64,000 nucleotides of DNA from Longimicrobiales bacterium (lineage in GTDB: Bacteria > Gemmatimonadota > Gemmatimonadetes > Longimicrobiales > Gaopeijiaceae), in the NCBI GenBank assembly GCA_965202805.1, contig OZ241869.1, positions 1,632,001 to 1,696,000 on the forward strand. Direction: 5' to 3'. Each line of letters opens with the position of its first letter. The first letter of the stretch is position 1. The translations under genes were made by a program, and so were the position numbers. The notes under the pieces are model-generated. The model was not told where the DNA came from. It saw only the letters and a list, made by a program, of their open reading frames with translations, and did not search any database. Shown here piece after piece: positions 22,988 to 31,872 of the stretch.

Positions 22988-24091
22988 ATCACCTACCACC
23001 TGGACGAACGAGTCGCCGTCGAGCGGTTTCGCGAGCCTTCGGTGCGCGGGTTCGCCGAAGACGTGCTGCGGGCGCTGGGGGCGAGCGGGGAGGAAGCCCG
23101 CATCAACGCCGACGGCGTGGTGACGGCGTCGCTCTGGTGGCATCCCGGACAGCACCAGGGGCTCGAGAAGCTGTTCCGGTACGCTCGGCGCATGCGCAAC
23201 GGGGGGATTGTGCCCGATGCGCGGATGAGGTGGGTGCGGGAGCGGCCGGCCGCGGCGCTCCTGGATGCGAGCAAGGGACTGGGATATGTCGCCGCGCGCC
23301 GGGCCATGGACCGGGCGCTGGAGATGGCGCGGCGGGTCGGGGTGGCGATGGTCGGCGTGCGGCACAGCAACCACTTCGGGATTGCCGGCTTCCACGCGAA
23401 GCGGGCTGCGGACGCGGGGCTTGTCGGCATTTCGATGACGAACGCGGGCGCCGAGATGGCGCCTTGGGGCGCGACCCGGCCCGTCCTGGGCACGAATCCC
23501 TGGGGCATGGCGGTTCCCCGAGTCGGCGGCCGCGACCCCATCGTCCTGGACATGGCGCTGACCCAGTCGGGCAAGGGGATGATGCGCTGGCTCAGGCGCG
23601 CGGGCCTGCCGATGCCGGACCACTGGGCGCTCACGCCCGAGGGCGCGCGCACGACGGACCCGGACGCGGCCATGAAGGGCCCCCTCCTCCCCATCGGCGA
23701 CTACAAGGGCTACGGCCTCAGCCTGGTCACGGACGTCCTCACGGGGGTGCTGACGGGGTCACTCTTCGGGGCGCAGGTGTTTCAGGACGACGAGAACTAC
23801 GACGTGGCGCACACGATGATCGCGGTCGATATCGAGGCGTTCATGTCGGCGGAAGAGTTCGGGGAGAGGCTGGAGCGGCTGATCGCGGATGTGCTGGAGG
23901 CGCCGCCGATCGACCCGGCCAGGCCGGTTCGGCTGCCCGGGCAGGCGGAGCAGGAGCGCGCGCGGCGTCGGCTGAAGCACGGGATTCCGATGGACCCGAA
24001 GACGGTGGTGCGGCTGCGGGCGCTCGCCGAAGAGCTGGGGGTGCCGTTTTCGCTGGAGCCAGCGGGCGTGGAATTGGCGAAACAGGACTAG
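22988..24091 (+). CDS. Ldh_2 family oxidoreductase (malate/L-lactate/ureidoglycolate dehydrogenase-like)
   Basis: Motifs RHSNHFG, GTNP, LDMA, YKGYGL and VRLPG. Start is probably ATC at 22988 (SD 7 nt upstream); the alternative is GTG 23042. Confidence 0.88.
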   Translation: MTYHLDERVAVERFREPSVRGFAEDVLRALGASGEEARINADGVVTASLWWHPGQHQGLEKLFRYARRMRNGGIVPDARMRWVRERPAAALLDASKGLGYVAARRAMDRALEMARRVGVAMVGVRHSNHFGIAGFHAKRAADAGLVGISMTNAGAEMAPWGATRPVLGTNPWGMAVPRVGGRDPIVLDMALTQSGKGMMRWLRRAGLPMPDHWALTPEGARTTDPDAAMKGPLLPIGDYKGYGLSLVTDVLTGVLTGSLFGAQVFQDDENYDVAHTMIAVDIEAFMSAEEFGERLERLIADVLEAPPIDPARPVRLPGQAEQERARRRLKHGIPMDPKTVVRLRALAEELGVPFSLEPAGVELAKQD

Positions 24092-24121
24092 AAGCGAACA
24101 GGAAGCATCCGGGAAGCAGAC

Positions 24122-25123
24122 ATGAGCAACGAGGTACTGACGATCGGGAGCGCGGAGGCGTCGCCCGGCACGATGGCCAGGGGCGTGATTCCGGTCGGAT
24201 CCGACGTGGCCGCAGTCGCGCGCGAGATTCCCATCCTGATATGCCGGGGTGCACTCGACGGCCCAATCCTCTGGATCAACGGGGCCACCCACGGGGACGA
24301 GCCCGAAGGTGCGCTCTCGATCTTCAAGCTGTTCGCGACGCTCGACGCCGCCGAGGTGCGCGGAACCGTGGTCGGGGTCCCCGCGATGAACGTGCCCGCG
24401 TTCGAGGCGGGCAAGCGCGGCGATCCGCTGGACACCTTCTCGTACGACATGAACCGCGTCTATCCGGGGCGGGCCGACGGCTACCCGACCGAGCGCGCGG
24501 CGTGGGCGCACTGGCAGGCCATGCAGGACGCCTGCGACCTCCAGATCGCCGTGCATTCGGGGGGAGAGCACTCCTACCTGGCACACATGATCTTCGCATC
24601 CGACAACCCGGCCAGCTTCGAACTGGCGGCGGCGATGGGGCCGCAATGGGACCTCGTGTTCCGCAGCGGGGTGGGCGGCGCCAATCCCTCCTCGAAGATC
24701 GCGGAGCTGGGCAAGGCCGGGATCACCATCGAGCTGGGGGGCAACTGCCGCACCCTCACCTCCGACTTCCACGCCGTGGCCGAGGACCTGGCGGGCAGCT
24801 ACCGCAACGTGATGCGGCACTACGGGATGATCGAGGGCGAGGCGCATTACGCGTCGCGCTGGCGCATGGGACATCAGCAGGCGCTGCTGGCTCCGGCCTC
24901 GGGGATGTGGGTCGGGGAGCCGGAGGTGCCCTTCGAGACGCCGATGCCGGCGGGGACGCCGCTGGGGCGGGTCTTCGATCTCTACGGCGATCAGCGCGGT
25001 GAAGTCGTGGCCCCGGAGGAGGGCGTGGTGTTCGGGCTGCGCTCGCGTCCGGCGGTGATCGAGGGCGAGTGGTGCTGCTTCTACGGCATCATCGACGAGG
25101 TCCGGGACGACCTTCTGGGGTAG
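24122..25123 (+). CDS. Succinylglutamate desuccinylase/aspartoacylase (M14, AstE/DoeB-like) deacylase
   Basis: Motifs HGDE, DMNRVYPG, VHSG and ITIELGG; C-terminal APASG hybrid-like domain. Confidence 0.88.
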   Translation: MSNEVLTIGSAEASPGTMARGVIPVGSDVAAVAREIPILICRGALDGPILWINGATHGDEPEGALSIFKLFATLDAAEVRGTVVGVPAMNVPAFEAGKRGDPLDTFSYDMNRVYPGRADGYPTERAAWAHWQAMQDACDLQIAVHSGGEHSYLAHMIFASDNPASFELAAAMGPQWDLVFRSGVGGANPSSKIAELGKAGITIELGGNCRTLTSDFHAVAEDLAGSYRNVMRHYGMIEGEAHYASRWRMGHQQALLAPASGMWVGEPEVPFETPMPAGTPLGRVFDLYGDQRGEVVAPEEGVVFGLRSRPAVIEGEWCCFYGIIDEVRDDLLG

Positions 25124-25235
25124 GGACCCGCTCCTGCCCAAACCTCCTTATTGCTCGCGGCCATGGCGGGCGGGCGGACGTCCGTCGCCGTGTAGGAGCC
25201 CCTTCTGCCCAGACCTTCTTGTTGCTCTCCTGCAG

Positions 25236-25285
25236 CCCCTCTTTTGTTCGCCACATCTCGCTGTTTCTGGCAAACAAAAGAGGGG
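25236..25285. repeat. 18-bp inverted repeat between convergent genes (terminator or REP/MITE-like)
   Basis: CCCCTCTTTTGTTCGCCA (25236-25253) versus TGGCAAACAAAAGAGGGG (25268-25285); 17/18 complementary with a 14-nt loop. Confidence 0.75.
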
Positions 25286-25320
25286 GCGGCAACGGATCAA
25301 GCGAGAGGGGGCTGGTACGA

Positions 25321-26478
25321 TCAAGCGCCCTCGGCGGGCCTCGTCCTCGCGGCGGGCCTCGCCTCCGCCAACATGTTCACGAATTCGTCCACTTCGTCTG
25401 CCGTGTTGTAGAAGTGGGGGCTGGCCCGCACCACACCAGGGCGGCTGTCCACGACGATTCCGCGGTCGGCGAGCTGTTTGACCGCGTCTGCCGGCGCTGG
25501 ATGGCGCACCGGGACGATCGCCGAGCGCTCATCCGGGTCGTCGGCGACCCGGGGTGAGAGGCCGCGAGCCCGGCATCCGTCGATCAGTCGTTCGGTAAGC
25601 GTCACGTTCCGGGCCCGAATCGCCTCGACGCCAACCTGGTCGATGATGTCCTGGCCGCCGAGCGCGGTGTGGACCGTGGCGAGCGCCGGGGTTCCGAGCT
25701 CGAAGCGGCGCGCGTCCGCGCGGTATCGGAATTCACCGGGGTTGAAGCGGAACTGGTCCTCGGTGGCGAACCAACTCGTGATCCTCGGTTCGAGGGCCGG
25801 AATCAGTTCGTCGCGCACATACAGGTACGCGAGTCCCGGGCCTCCGCAGAGCCACTTGAGCGGGCCGGCGGTATAGAAGTCCACGCCGGTCGCGGGGAGG
25901 TCCAGGGGGATCTGGCCAGCGCCCTGGTAGCCGTCGATGAGGCAATACGCGCCGGCCCGGTGCGCGATATCCGCGAGCGACTTCAGATCGAGGATGGCGC
26001 CGGTGGTGAAGAACACGTGGCTCGTGGCGATGGCCAGGGTGCGTTCATCGACCGCGTCCTCGAACTGCTGCGGGTCGACGGTAACGCCGTCCGGGCTCTC
26101 CAGCACGACCATCTCCACTTGGGGGCGCACCTTCCACTGGTACAGGAGCGTCGGGAAGTCGAGTTCGGTCGTGACGATGCGGTTGCGCTTCGACCAGTCC
26201 AGGCTCTCGGAGATGACCGAGAGGCACGCGGAGGTGGAGGGCAAGAGCGCGACGGTTCCCGCGGGGGCCGCGAAGAGGTCCGCGACGCGCCGGCGCAGCT
26301 CCGCGAGCATCCCCCACCAGTGTTCGTACCAGGCCGAGGCGCCCATGTCGTGCCAGCGGTCGAGGAAGTCCTGAAGGCGCTCCTCGGCGCGGGTCGAAAG
26401 GGCGCCCAGCGAACAGGAATTCAGGTAGTTGCGGCGCTGGAGGATCGGGAAGGCCGCGCGGATGTCGTCGAGGTTCAC
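25321..26478 (-). CDS. Aminotransferase class V PLP enzyme (kynureninase-like)
   Basis: Motifs YLNSCSLG, DFPT, IDGYQGAG, LKWLCGGPG, RFELGTP and RASPHFYN. GTG start overlaps the hydA stop. Confidence 0.85.
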   Translation of the reverse strand: MNLDDIRAAFPILQRRNYLNSCSLGALSTRAEERLQDFLDRWHDMGASAWYEHWWGMLAELRRRVADLFAAPAGTVALLPSTSACLSVISESLDWSKRNRIVTTELDFPTLLYQWKVRPQVEMVVLESPDGVTVDPQQFEDAVDERTLAIATSHVFFTTGAILDLKSLADIAHRAGAYCLIDGYQGAGQIPLDLPATGVDFYTAGPLKWLCGGPGLAYLYVRDELIPALEPRITSWFATEDQFRFNPGEFRYRADARRFELGTPALATVHTALGGQDIIDQVGVEAIRARNVTLTERLIDGCRARGLSPRVADDPDERSAIVPVRHPAPADAVKQLADRGIVVDSRPGVVRASPHFYNTADEVDEFVNMLAEARPAARTRPAEGA

Positions 26479-27872
26479 GGCAGCACGGCCGGATCGATAC
26501 GCCGCCGCTCCGCCAGCCGTCCCCTGCCCCGCTCCGCGACCGGCTTCCCGCGATCGACGATGATCTCGCCCCGGGAGAGGGTCCAGGTCGGAAAGCCGCT
26601 CACCCGCATCCCCTGGAAGGGACTGTAGTCGACGGCCGAGTGTAGCCTGGCGGCGTCGATCTCCGTCTCGGCCTCCGGGTCCACGACGATGACGTCGGCG
26701 TCGGCGCCCGCGTCCAGCGTGCCCTTGCGCGGGTACATGCCGAAGATGCGCGCCGGGTTGGTGGAGGCGAGCTCCACGAACCGCTGGGGCGAGAGCAGGC
26801 CGGTCGACACGCCGCCCGCAAACACCAGGGGCAGGCGGGTCTCGATCCCGGGCAGGCCGTTGGGAATGCGGGTGAAGTTGTCGCGCCCGGTGGTCTTCTG
26901 GTCGTGATAGCGGAAGGGGGCGTGGTCGGAGGACACCTGCTGGATCGTTCCGGCCGCGAGGGCGCTCCAGAGGGCGTCGCGGTGCTCGGCGGCCCGCATG
27001 GGGGGGCTGCACACGAACTTGGCGACCTCGAACCCGCCGCAGGGGTCGTAGACGGTGTCGTCGAGCACCAGGTACTGCGGGCAGGTCTCGGCCACGACCG
27101 GCTCGCCGCGCTCGCGGGCGGCAGCCACGTGACCCGCCGCGCCCACCGAGGTGACGTGCGCGATGCAGAGCGGCGCGTCCACCACCCCGGCCAGCATGAT
27201 GGCGCGATGGGTCGCCTCCGCCTCCACCACCGGCGGGCGGCTGGGGGCGTGGAATGCGGGACCGGTCTTTCCGGCGTCCAGATGCCGGTTGATCAGATAC
27301 GTGACCGCGCAGTCGTTCTCGCAGTGGACCAGGACGATTCCGCCGTTGGCGCCGGTCGCCTCGAGCAGGCGCAACAGCCCGTCGTCGTTGACGATCTTGT
27401 CGCCGTAGGTCATGTAGACCTTGAAGGAGGGAAACCCTCCCTCGATCAACTCCGGCACTTCGTCGATGACATCGTCGCGGACATCCGTGACAATGGTGTG
27501 GAAGCCATAGTCGATTACGGCGTCGGGCGCGATTTCGCCGAGGCGCCGGTCGCGCGCCAGCGCCAGCGTCTCGCCCCGCCGCTGCAGCGAGAAGTCGATG
27601 ATTGTGGTGACGCCCCCGCACGCGCCCGCGACTGTGCCTGTAAAGAAGTCGTCGGCGGTCTTGATCCCCAGGCGATCGATGGGATGGGCCAGGTGGGTGT
27701 GGGTGTCGATGCCCCCGGGCATGACCCAGTGGCCGCCCGCATCCAGGACCTCGCCATCGGTGGTCAGGTCGGGCCCGACTTCGGCAATCCGCCCGTCGCG
27801 GATGAGGACGTCGGCCGGCTCCATCCGGTCCGCGGTTACCACGGTGCCTCCGGCGATCAGTCGTTCGCTCAA
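26475..27872 (-). CDS. hydA: Dihydropyrimidinase / D-hydantoinase
   Basis: Motifs PGGIDTHTH, GGVTTIIDF, SFKVYMTY (carboxylated Lys), HCEN, ETCPQYL, SDHAPF and IPNGLPGIE. TTG start with GGAG SD. Confidence 0.9.
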   Translation of the reverse strand: MSERLIAGGTVVTADRMEPADVLIRDGRIAEVGPDLTTDGEVLDAGGHWVMPGGIDTHTHLAHPIDRLGIKTADDFFTGTVAGACGGVTTIIDFSLQRRGETLALARDRRLGEIAPDAVIDYGFHTIVTDVRDDVIDEVPELIEGGFPSFKVYMTYGDKIVNDDGLLRLLEATGANGGIVLVHCENDCAVTYLINRHLDAGKTGPAFHAPSRPPVVEAEATHRAIMLAGVVDAPLCIAHVTSVGAAGHVAAARERGEPVVAETCPQYLVLDDTVYDPCGGFEVAKFVCSPPMRAAEHRDALWSALAAGTIQQVSSDHAPFRYHDQKTTGRDNFTRIPNGLPGIETRLPLVFAGGVSTGLLSPQRFVELASTNPARIFGMYPRKGTLDAGADADVIVVDPEAETEIDAARLHSAVDYSPFQGMRVSGFPTWTLSRGEIIVDRGKPVAERGRGRLAERRRIDPAVLP

Positions 27873-27971
27873 CGCTTGCTCCTCTTTGCTGGCGACCCCC
27901 GGACCCGTGCAGAGCGTGGTCCGCGCGAGCCCGGGGGCCGGTAAGTGCTCAGTCCGGTGTTCCGGGTATCG

Positions 27972-28631
27972 CTACTCCGGCTGCGGAACGATGCGGATGT
28001 AGGGCAGCGGCTGCTCCCAGCCGTCGGGATACTTCGCCTCCGCGTCCTCATTGGACACGGTGGGCAGGATGATCACGTCCTCACCGTGCTCCCAGTTGGC
28101 CGGCGTGGCCACCTGCTTCGCCGCCGTGAGCTGGCAGGAATCCAGAAGCCTGAGGATCTCGGCGAAGTTCCGTCCCGTGCTCATGGGATAGGTGAGCGTG
28201 GCCTTGATCTTCTTGTCCGGTCCGATGATGAAGACGGACCGCGCCGTGGCGTTGTCGGCCGGAGTCCGGCCCTTGCAGGTGTCGCCCGCGTCGGCCGGAA
28301 GCATGTCGTAGAGCTTGACCACACTCAGCTCCGGGTCGCCCACGAGGGGATAGTTGATGGCGTGGCCGCCGAACGACGCGATGTCGTCCGACCAGGCGTG
28401 ATGGTCGCCGACCCCGTCGACGCTGATGCCCATGATCTTGCAGTTGCGCCGCGTGAACTCGTCCTTGAGCGCGGCCACGGTGCCCAGTTCGGTGGTGCAG
28501 ACGGGCGTGAAATCCTTGGGATGGGAAAAGAGGATCGCCCATCCGTCCCCGATCCAGTCGTGGAATCGGATGGTTCCTTCGGTGGTCTCGGCGGTGAAAT
28601 CGGGTGCTTCGTCGTTGATTCGCAAGGTCAT
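27972..28631 (-). CDS. 1-Cys peroxiredoxin (Prx6 family)
   Basis: Motifs FSHPKDFTPVCTTE, YPMSTGRNF and ATPANW. Confidence 0.95.
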   Translation of the reverse strand: MTLRINDEAPDFTAETTEGTIRFHDWIGDGWAILFSHPKDFTPVCTTELGTVAALKDEFTRRNCKIMGISVDGVGDHHAWSDDIASFGGHAINYPLVGDPELSVVKLYDMLPADAGDTCKGRTPADNATARSVFIIGPDKKIKATLTYPMSTGRNFAEILRLLDSCQLTAAKQVATPANWEHGEDVIILPTVSNEDAEAKYPDGWEQPLPYIRIVPQPE

Positions 28632-28898
28632 GGTCTTTCCTCCAGGATTCATACTCGGATGCGGGTGTCGTCAGGCTCGCAAGCGTAGCCGTCGCACCGG
28701 GACTACGCCACACGCGGTTGCCGGTTCCCCCACGCCGGCGCCCCCAGCGCGCGCGACGGCTTCAGCCCGCGCGGACCTGCCCGTTTGCGCATGCGAGCGA
28801 CCCGTTGCCAGCGGTCAAATCAGCCGCGCTGTGCTCCGCGGGCGGCTGGTTTCCTGCCCGGGCGCGCGCGGACCCGCTCCGGCTTCCATCCGGCCGCC

Positions 28899-30101
28899 CT
28901 ACAGGGTGCCGGCGAAGGTCCGAATGCGGGCCATCGACTCGATGATGCGGGCTTCGGGACACAGGAGCGACACCCGCACCCAGTTGCGCCATCGCTCCCC
29001 GAAGGAGGCTCCGGGGAACATCAGCACGCCCGCCTCGTCGAGCAGGCGGTAGCAGAAGTTCTCCGCGTCCATCCCGAAGCGCGACACGTCCGCCCACATG
29101 AACAGGCCTCCCCCGTGAGGACCGTGCGGGACACCCAGGTCGGCGAAGCCGTCGATCAGCACCTGGCGCCGGCGTCGATACCTGGCCAGATAGCCCGGAC
29201 GCGGATCCGGATCGGCCTCCAGGGCCGCGAGGGCGGTGTATTGCGAGAACGCCGGACAAGGGCCGGAAGTCGTGCTCTTGATGGCCTCCACCGCGTCGAT
29301 GAAGGCGGGCGGGCCGATCAGGTAGCCTACCCTGAAGCCGGTCATCGCATAGGCCTTGGAGAATCCCGAAAGGACGACCGAGCGCCCGCGGGCGCCGTCC
29401 GCGGCGAGCAGCGAAAGGAAGGGCTCCTCGCGGAAGACCACGTCTTCGTAGATCTCGTCGGACACCACCACCATGTCGAGGTCGCTTGCGGCCCGGGCCA
29501 GATCGCGGACGCCCCGCGGGCCGACGCAGGCGCCCGTCGGGTTCGAAGGATTCACGAAGACGAGCAGCTTGCATCCCTGCGCGTGCCGCCGGAGTTCGTC
29601 GCTCCCGAGCTCGAAGGGCCGGTCGCCTCCGGTGGGGACCGGCACGATGTCGCCGCCCGCGGTCCCGATCGCCTGGTCGTAGGAGCTGTAGCGCGGGTCC
29701 TGGCAGGCTACCCGGTCGCCCGGATCGACGAGCGCCAGCATGGCGAGGAAGAGGCCCTCCTGGGCGCCGTTGGTGATGGCGATCTCGGTGGCGGGATCGA
29801 CGTCCACGCCCTTCTCGCGTGCGTAGCGGCGGGCGATGCCCTCACGCAGCGGGAGCAGGCCGCGCACCGGTCCTTCGTCCGATCCGACCATCCCCGCGCC
29901 CATCGCGTCGGCGAAACGGGCCAGGCCGCCCTCGACGATGTCCGGTCGGGTGTGCAGGTCGGGATCGCCGCGCCCCAGCGAGATGACGTTCTCTCTTTCA
30001 CGCGCGAGCGCCATCATCTTGTAGCGTAGCGAGGTGGCGGCCTCACCCTTGCGCAGCGACGCGTAGCCCGCGCGTTCCCCGGACTTCATCGCGGCGCTCA
30101 T
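28899..30101 (-). CDS. Aminotransferase class I/II (PLP Lys intact)
   Basis: Motifs [38 protein letters not shown] and WVRVS. Confidence 0.9.
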   Translation of the reverse strand: [400 protein letters not shown]

Positions 30102-30967
30102 GGGCGTACCCCCAATGCCCACAGCGCGGCGCGCTGCGAGGGGGCCGGCGAGCAGATCGACGAGGCCTGCTTCCACTTCGCGATGCGCGGGCGCACGGCA
30201 ACCGGAGCGGCGACGAAGCCGAGGGAGAAGGGGTGCATCCCCTCCAGGCCGTCCAGCGAGCCGATCACGATGGCGTCGGCGGGGACGACGGCGGGCGCGC
30301 TCGGGACCGGCGACCCGGCTCCGGGGCTGCTGGACGAAGACGGATCGTCGCGCACGTGGCCGGACGCTGACGAGGCCCGAGGGCTGCCGGCGGCAAACAG
30401 CCGGTTGCCGATGGCGTGTACCTGCGTGAGCCCCGGGGGGTCGGACCCGTTCCCGTTTTCCGGGGTTTCCGCCCCGGCTCGGTACTCGATGAGGTGAAAC
30501 GCCGCCTCGGATTCAGACGCCGCATCTGTGCCCGGCTCGATCACGCACACCCGCATCCAGTCGAGCAGGCGCTGATGACGGCCCCCGGCTTGGGCGACAA
30601 TGGTCGCCCCCTCTCCACCGCCGAGGCCCAGGACGATCGCGAAAAGCGACTCTCCTTCTCCCTGGGTAATGAGCACGCCATCGGGCTCGCGCGCGGGGAA
30701 GCCCACGGCGGGAAGGGCCTCGCCTACGCGACTGCGCAGTTCCCCCATGCCGGGGCGGTCCGGGTAGTGGGTCTCTCCGGCGAGCAGGTGGTGGCGTAAA
30801 CCGGCCAGCAAGCCCTCGCTCGGACCTGATCGAGCGGGTGCGGATAATGGGGCCGACTTGGCGCTCGCAAAGGACTTCACCGCTGCGCTGGCCCGCTGCG
30901 AGACGGCCGCCTCTGCGGCCGTCGCCGTGGTTCCGGCAGGTGCGCCTCCGTTGCTGAACTCGGTCAT
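30098..30967 (-). CDS. Degenerate, truncated aminotransferase-like protein lacking the PLP lysine
   Basis: THYPDRPGMGELR, LITQGEGESLF, GSLDGLEGMHPFSLGFVAAP (aligns to [20 protein letters not shown] without the K) and SICSPAPSQRAAL. ATGA overlaps on both sides. Confidence 0.7.
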   Translation of the reverse strand: MTEFSNGGAPAGTTATAAEAAVSQRASAAVKSFASAKSAPLSAPARSGPSEGLLAGLRHHLLAGETHYPDRPGMGELRSRVGEALPAVGFPAREPDGVLITQGEGESLFAIVLGLGGGEGATIVAQAGGRHQRLLDWMRVCVIEPGTDAASESEAAFHLIEYRAGAETPENGNGSDPPGLTQVHAIGNRLFAAGSPRASSASGHVRDDPSSSSSPGAGSPVPSAPAVVPADAIVIGSLDGLEGMHPFSLGFVAAPVAVRPRIAKWKQASSICSPAPSQRAALWALGVRP

Positions 30968-31791
30968 CCGACAGCCTCCGGCGTGTATTCGGCGATTTCG
31001 TGAATGCGGTTCATCACTTCCAGCACACCCCACTGCTCCAGTCCTCGGGTCAACGTCCAGGCGTCGAAGCGGCAGCCACTGATCTGGCCGCGCAGTCCGG
31101 CGAGAAAGAGGAACGCGGGACCCAGTTTAGCAGGATCGCGCCATCGGGCGCGCGCTGCCGCATCCGCGCGTTCCGCATCGCGCTGCGTCAGGGAGGTCGG
31201 CTTGATGGAAAGCCCGGGCGTCACCGTGTTCGCGCTGATCGGTGACCCAGCCAGCTCCAGTGCGAGGCATCTCGTGAATGCCTCCATGCCGAATTTCGAT
31301 GCGCAGTATGCAGCCTGGCGCTCAAAGGCGCCGGTCCCCGCACGCGACGAGACGTTGATCACCGAACCGCCCTCGTCTTCCAGTAGCGGCAGAAGGTCCC
31401 GGGTCAGAAACACGGGCGCCTCGAGATTCACGCTCATGATCCGCCGCCAGTGTGCGGCGTCCAGCGAAACGACGGGCTCACGTTCCAGCACGCCGGCGTT
31501 GTTGACGATGACGCGCAACTTCAGGGCCTGCTCGCGGAGGGTTCTCACCAGGCCCTTCCGTTCATCCTCGCGCCCGAGATCCGCGGCGAGAATGCGTGCT
31601 TCGCCCCCCGCCGCGCGGATGTCGGTTGCGGTCCACTCGAGTTCCTCCGGCATCTCCGACACCAGCCACACCCGTGCGCCCGCAACGGCCATCGCCTGCG
31701 CAACGCCTCGACCCAGCCCGCGGCCCGAGCCGGTCACGAGGACGTCGATCCCCTCGACGCCTACCAGGGGGTGATCGGTGGACGCGGGCAT
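30964..31791 (-). CDS. SDR family NAD(P)-dependent oxidoreductase
   Basis: Motifs TGSGRGLG, NNAG, NVSS, YCASK and NTVTPG. Confidence 0.92.
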   Translation of the reverse strand: MPASTDHPLVGVEGIDVLVTGSGRGLGRGVAQAMAVAGARVWLVSEMPEELEWTATDIRAAGGEARILAADLGREDERKGLVRTLREQALKLRVIVNNAGVLEREPVVSLDAAHWRRIMSVNLEAPVFLTRDLLPLLEDEGGSVINVSSRAGTGAFERQAAYCASKFGMEAFTRCLALELAGSPISANTVTPGLSIKPTSLTQRDAERADAAARARWRDPAKLGPAFLFLAGLRGQISGCRFDAWTLTRGLEQWGVLEVMNRIHEIAEYTPEAVG

Positions 31792-31872
31792 GCTTTTGTC
31801 GAGAGCTGTGCGGACGTTGGTTCGAGGGAGGTGCAGCTACCCCGAGGCGGTGCTGTGGATGCGATCTCGACC

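Noticed and set aside
25321..27621. 766-aa ORF as a single fusion protein
   Set aside because: The upstream part is an off-frame overlap of hydA. The real gene starts at GTG 26478.
30098..30967. Simple pseudogene call
   Set aside because: The frame is uninterrupted, both ends have coupled overlaps, and the retained motifs are non-random. Kept as a CDS.
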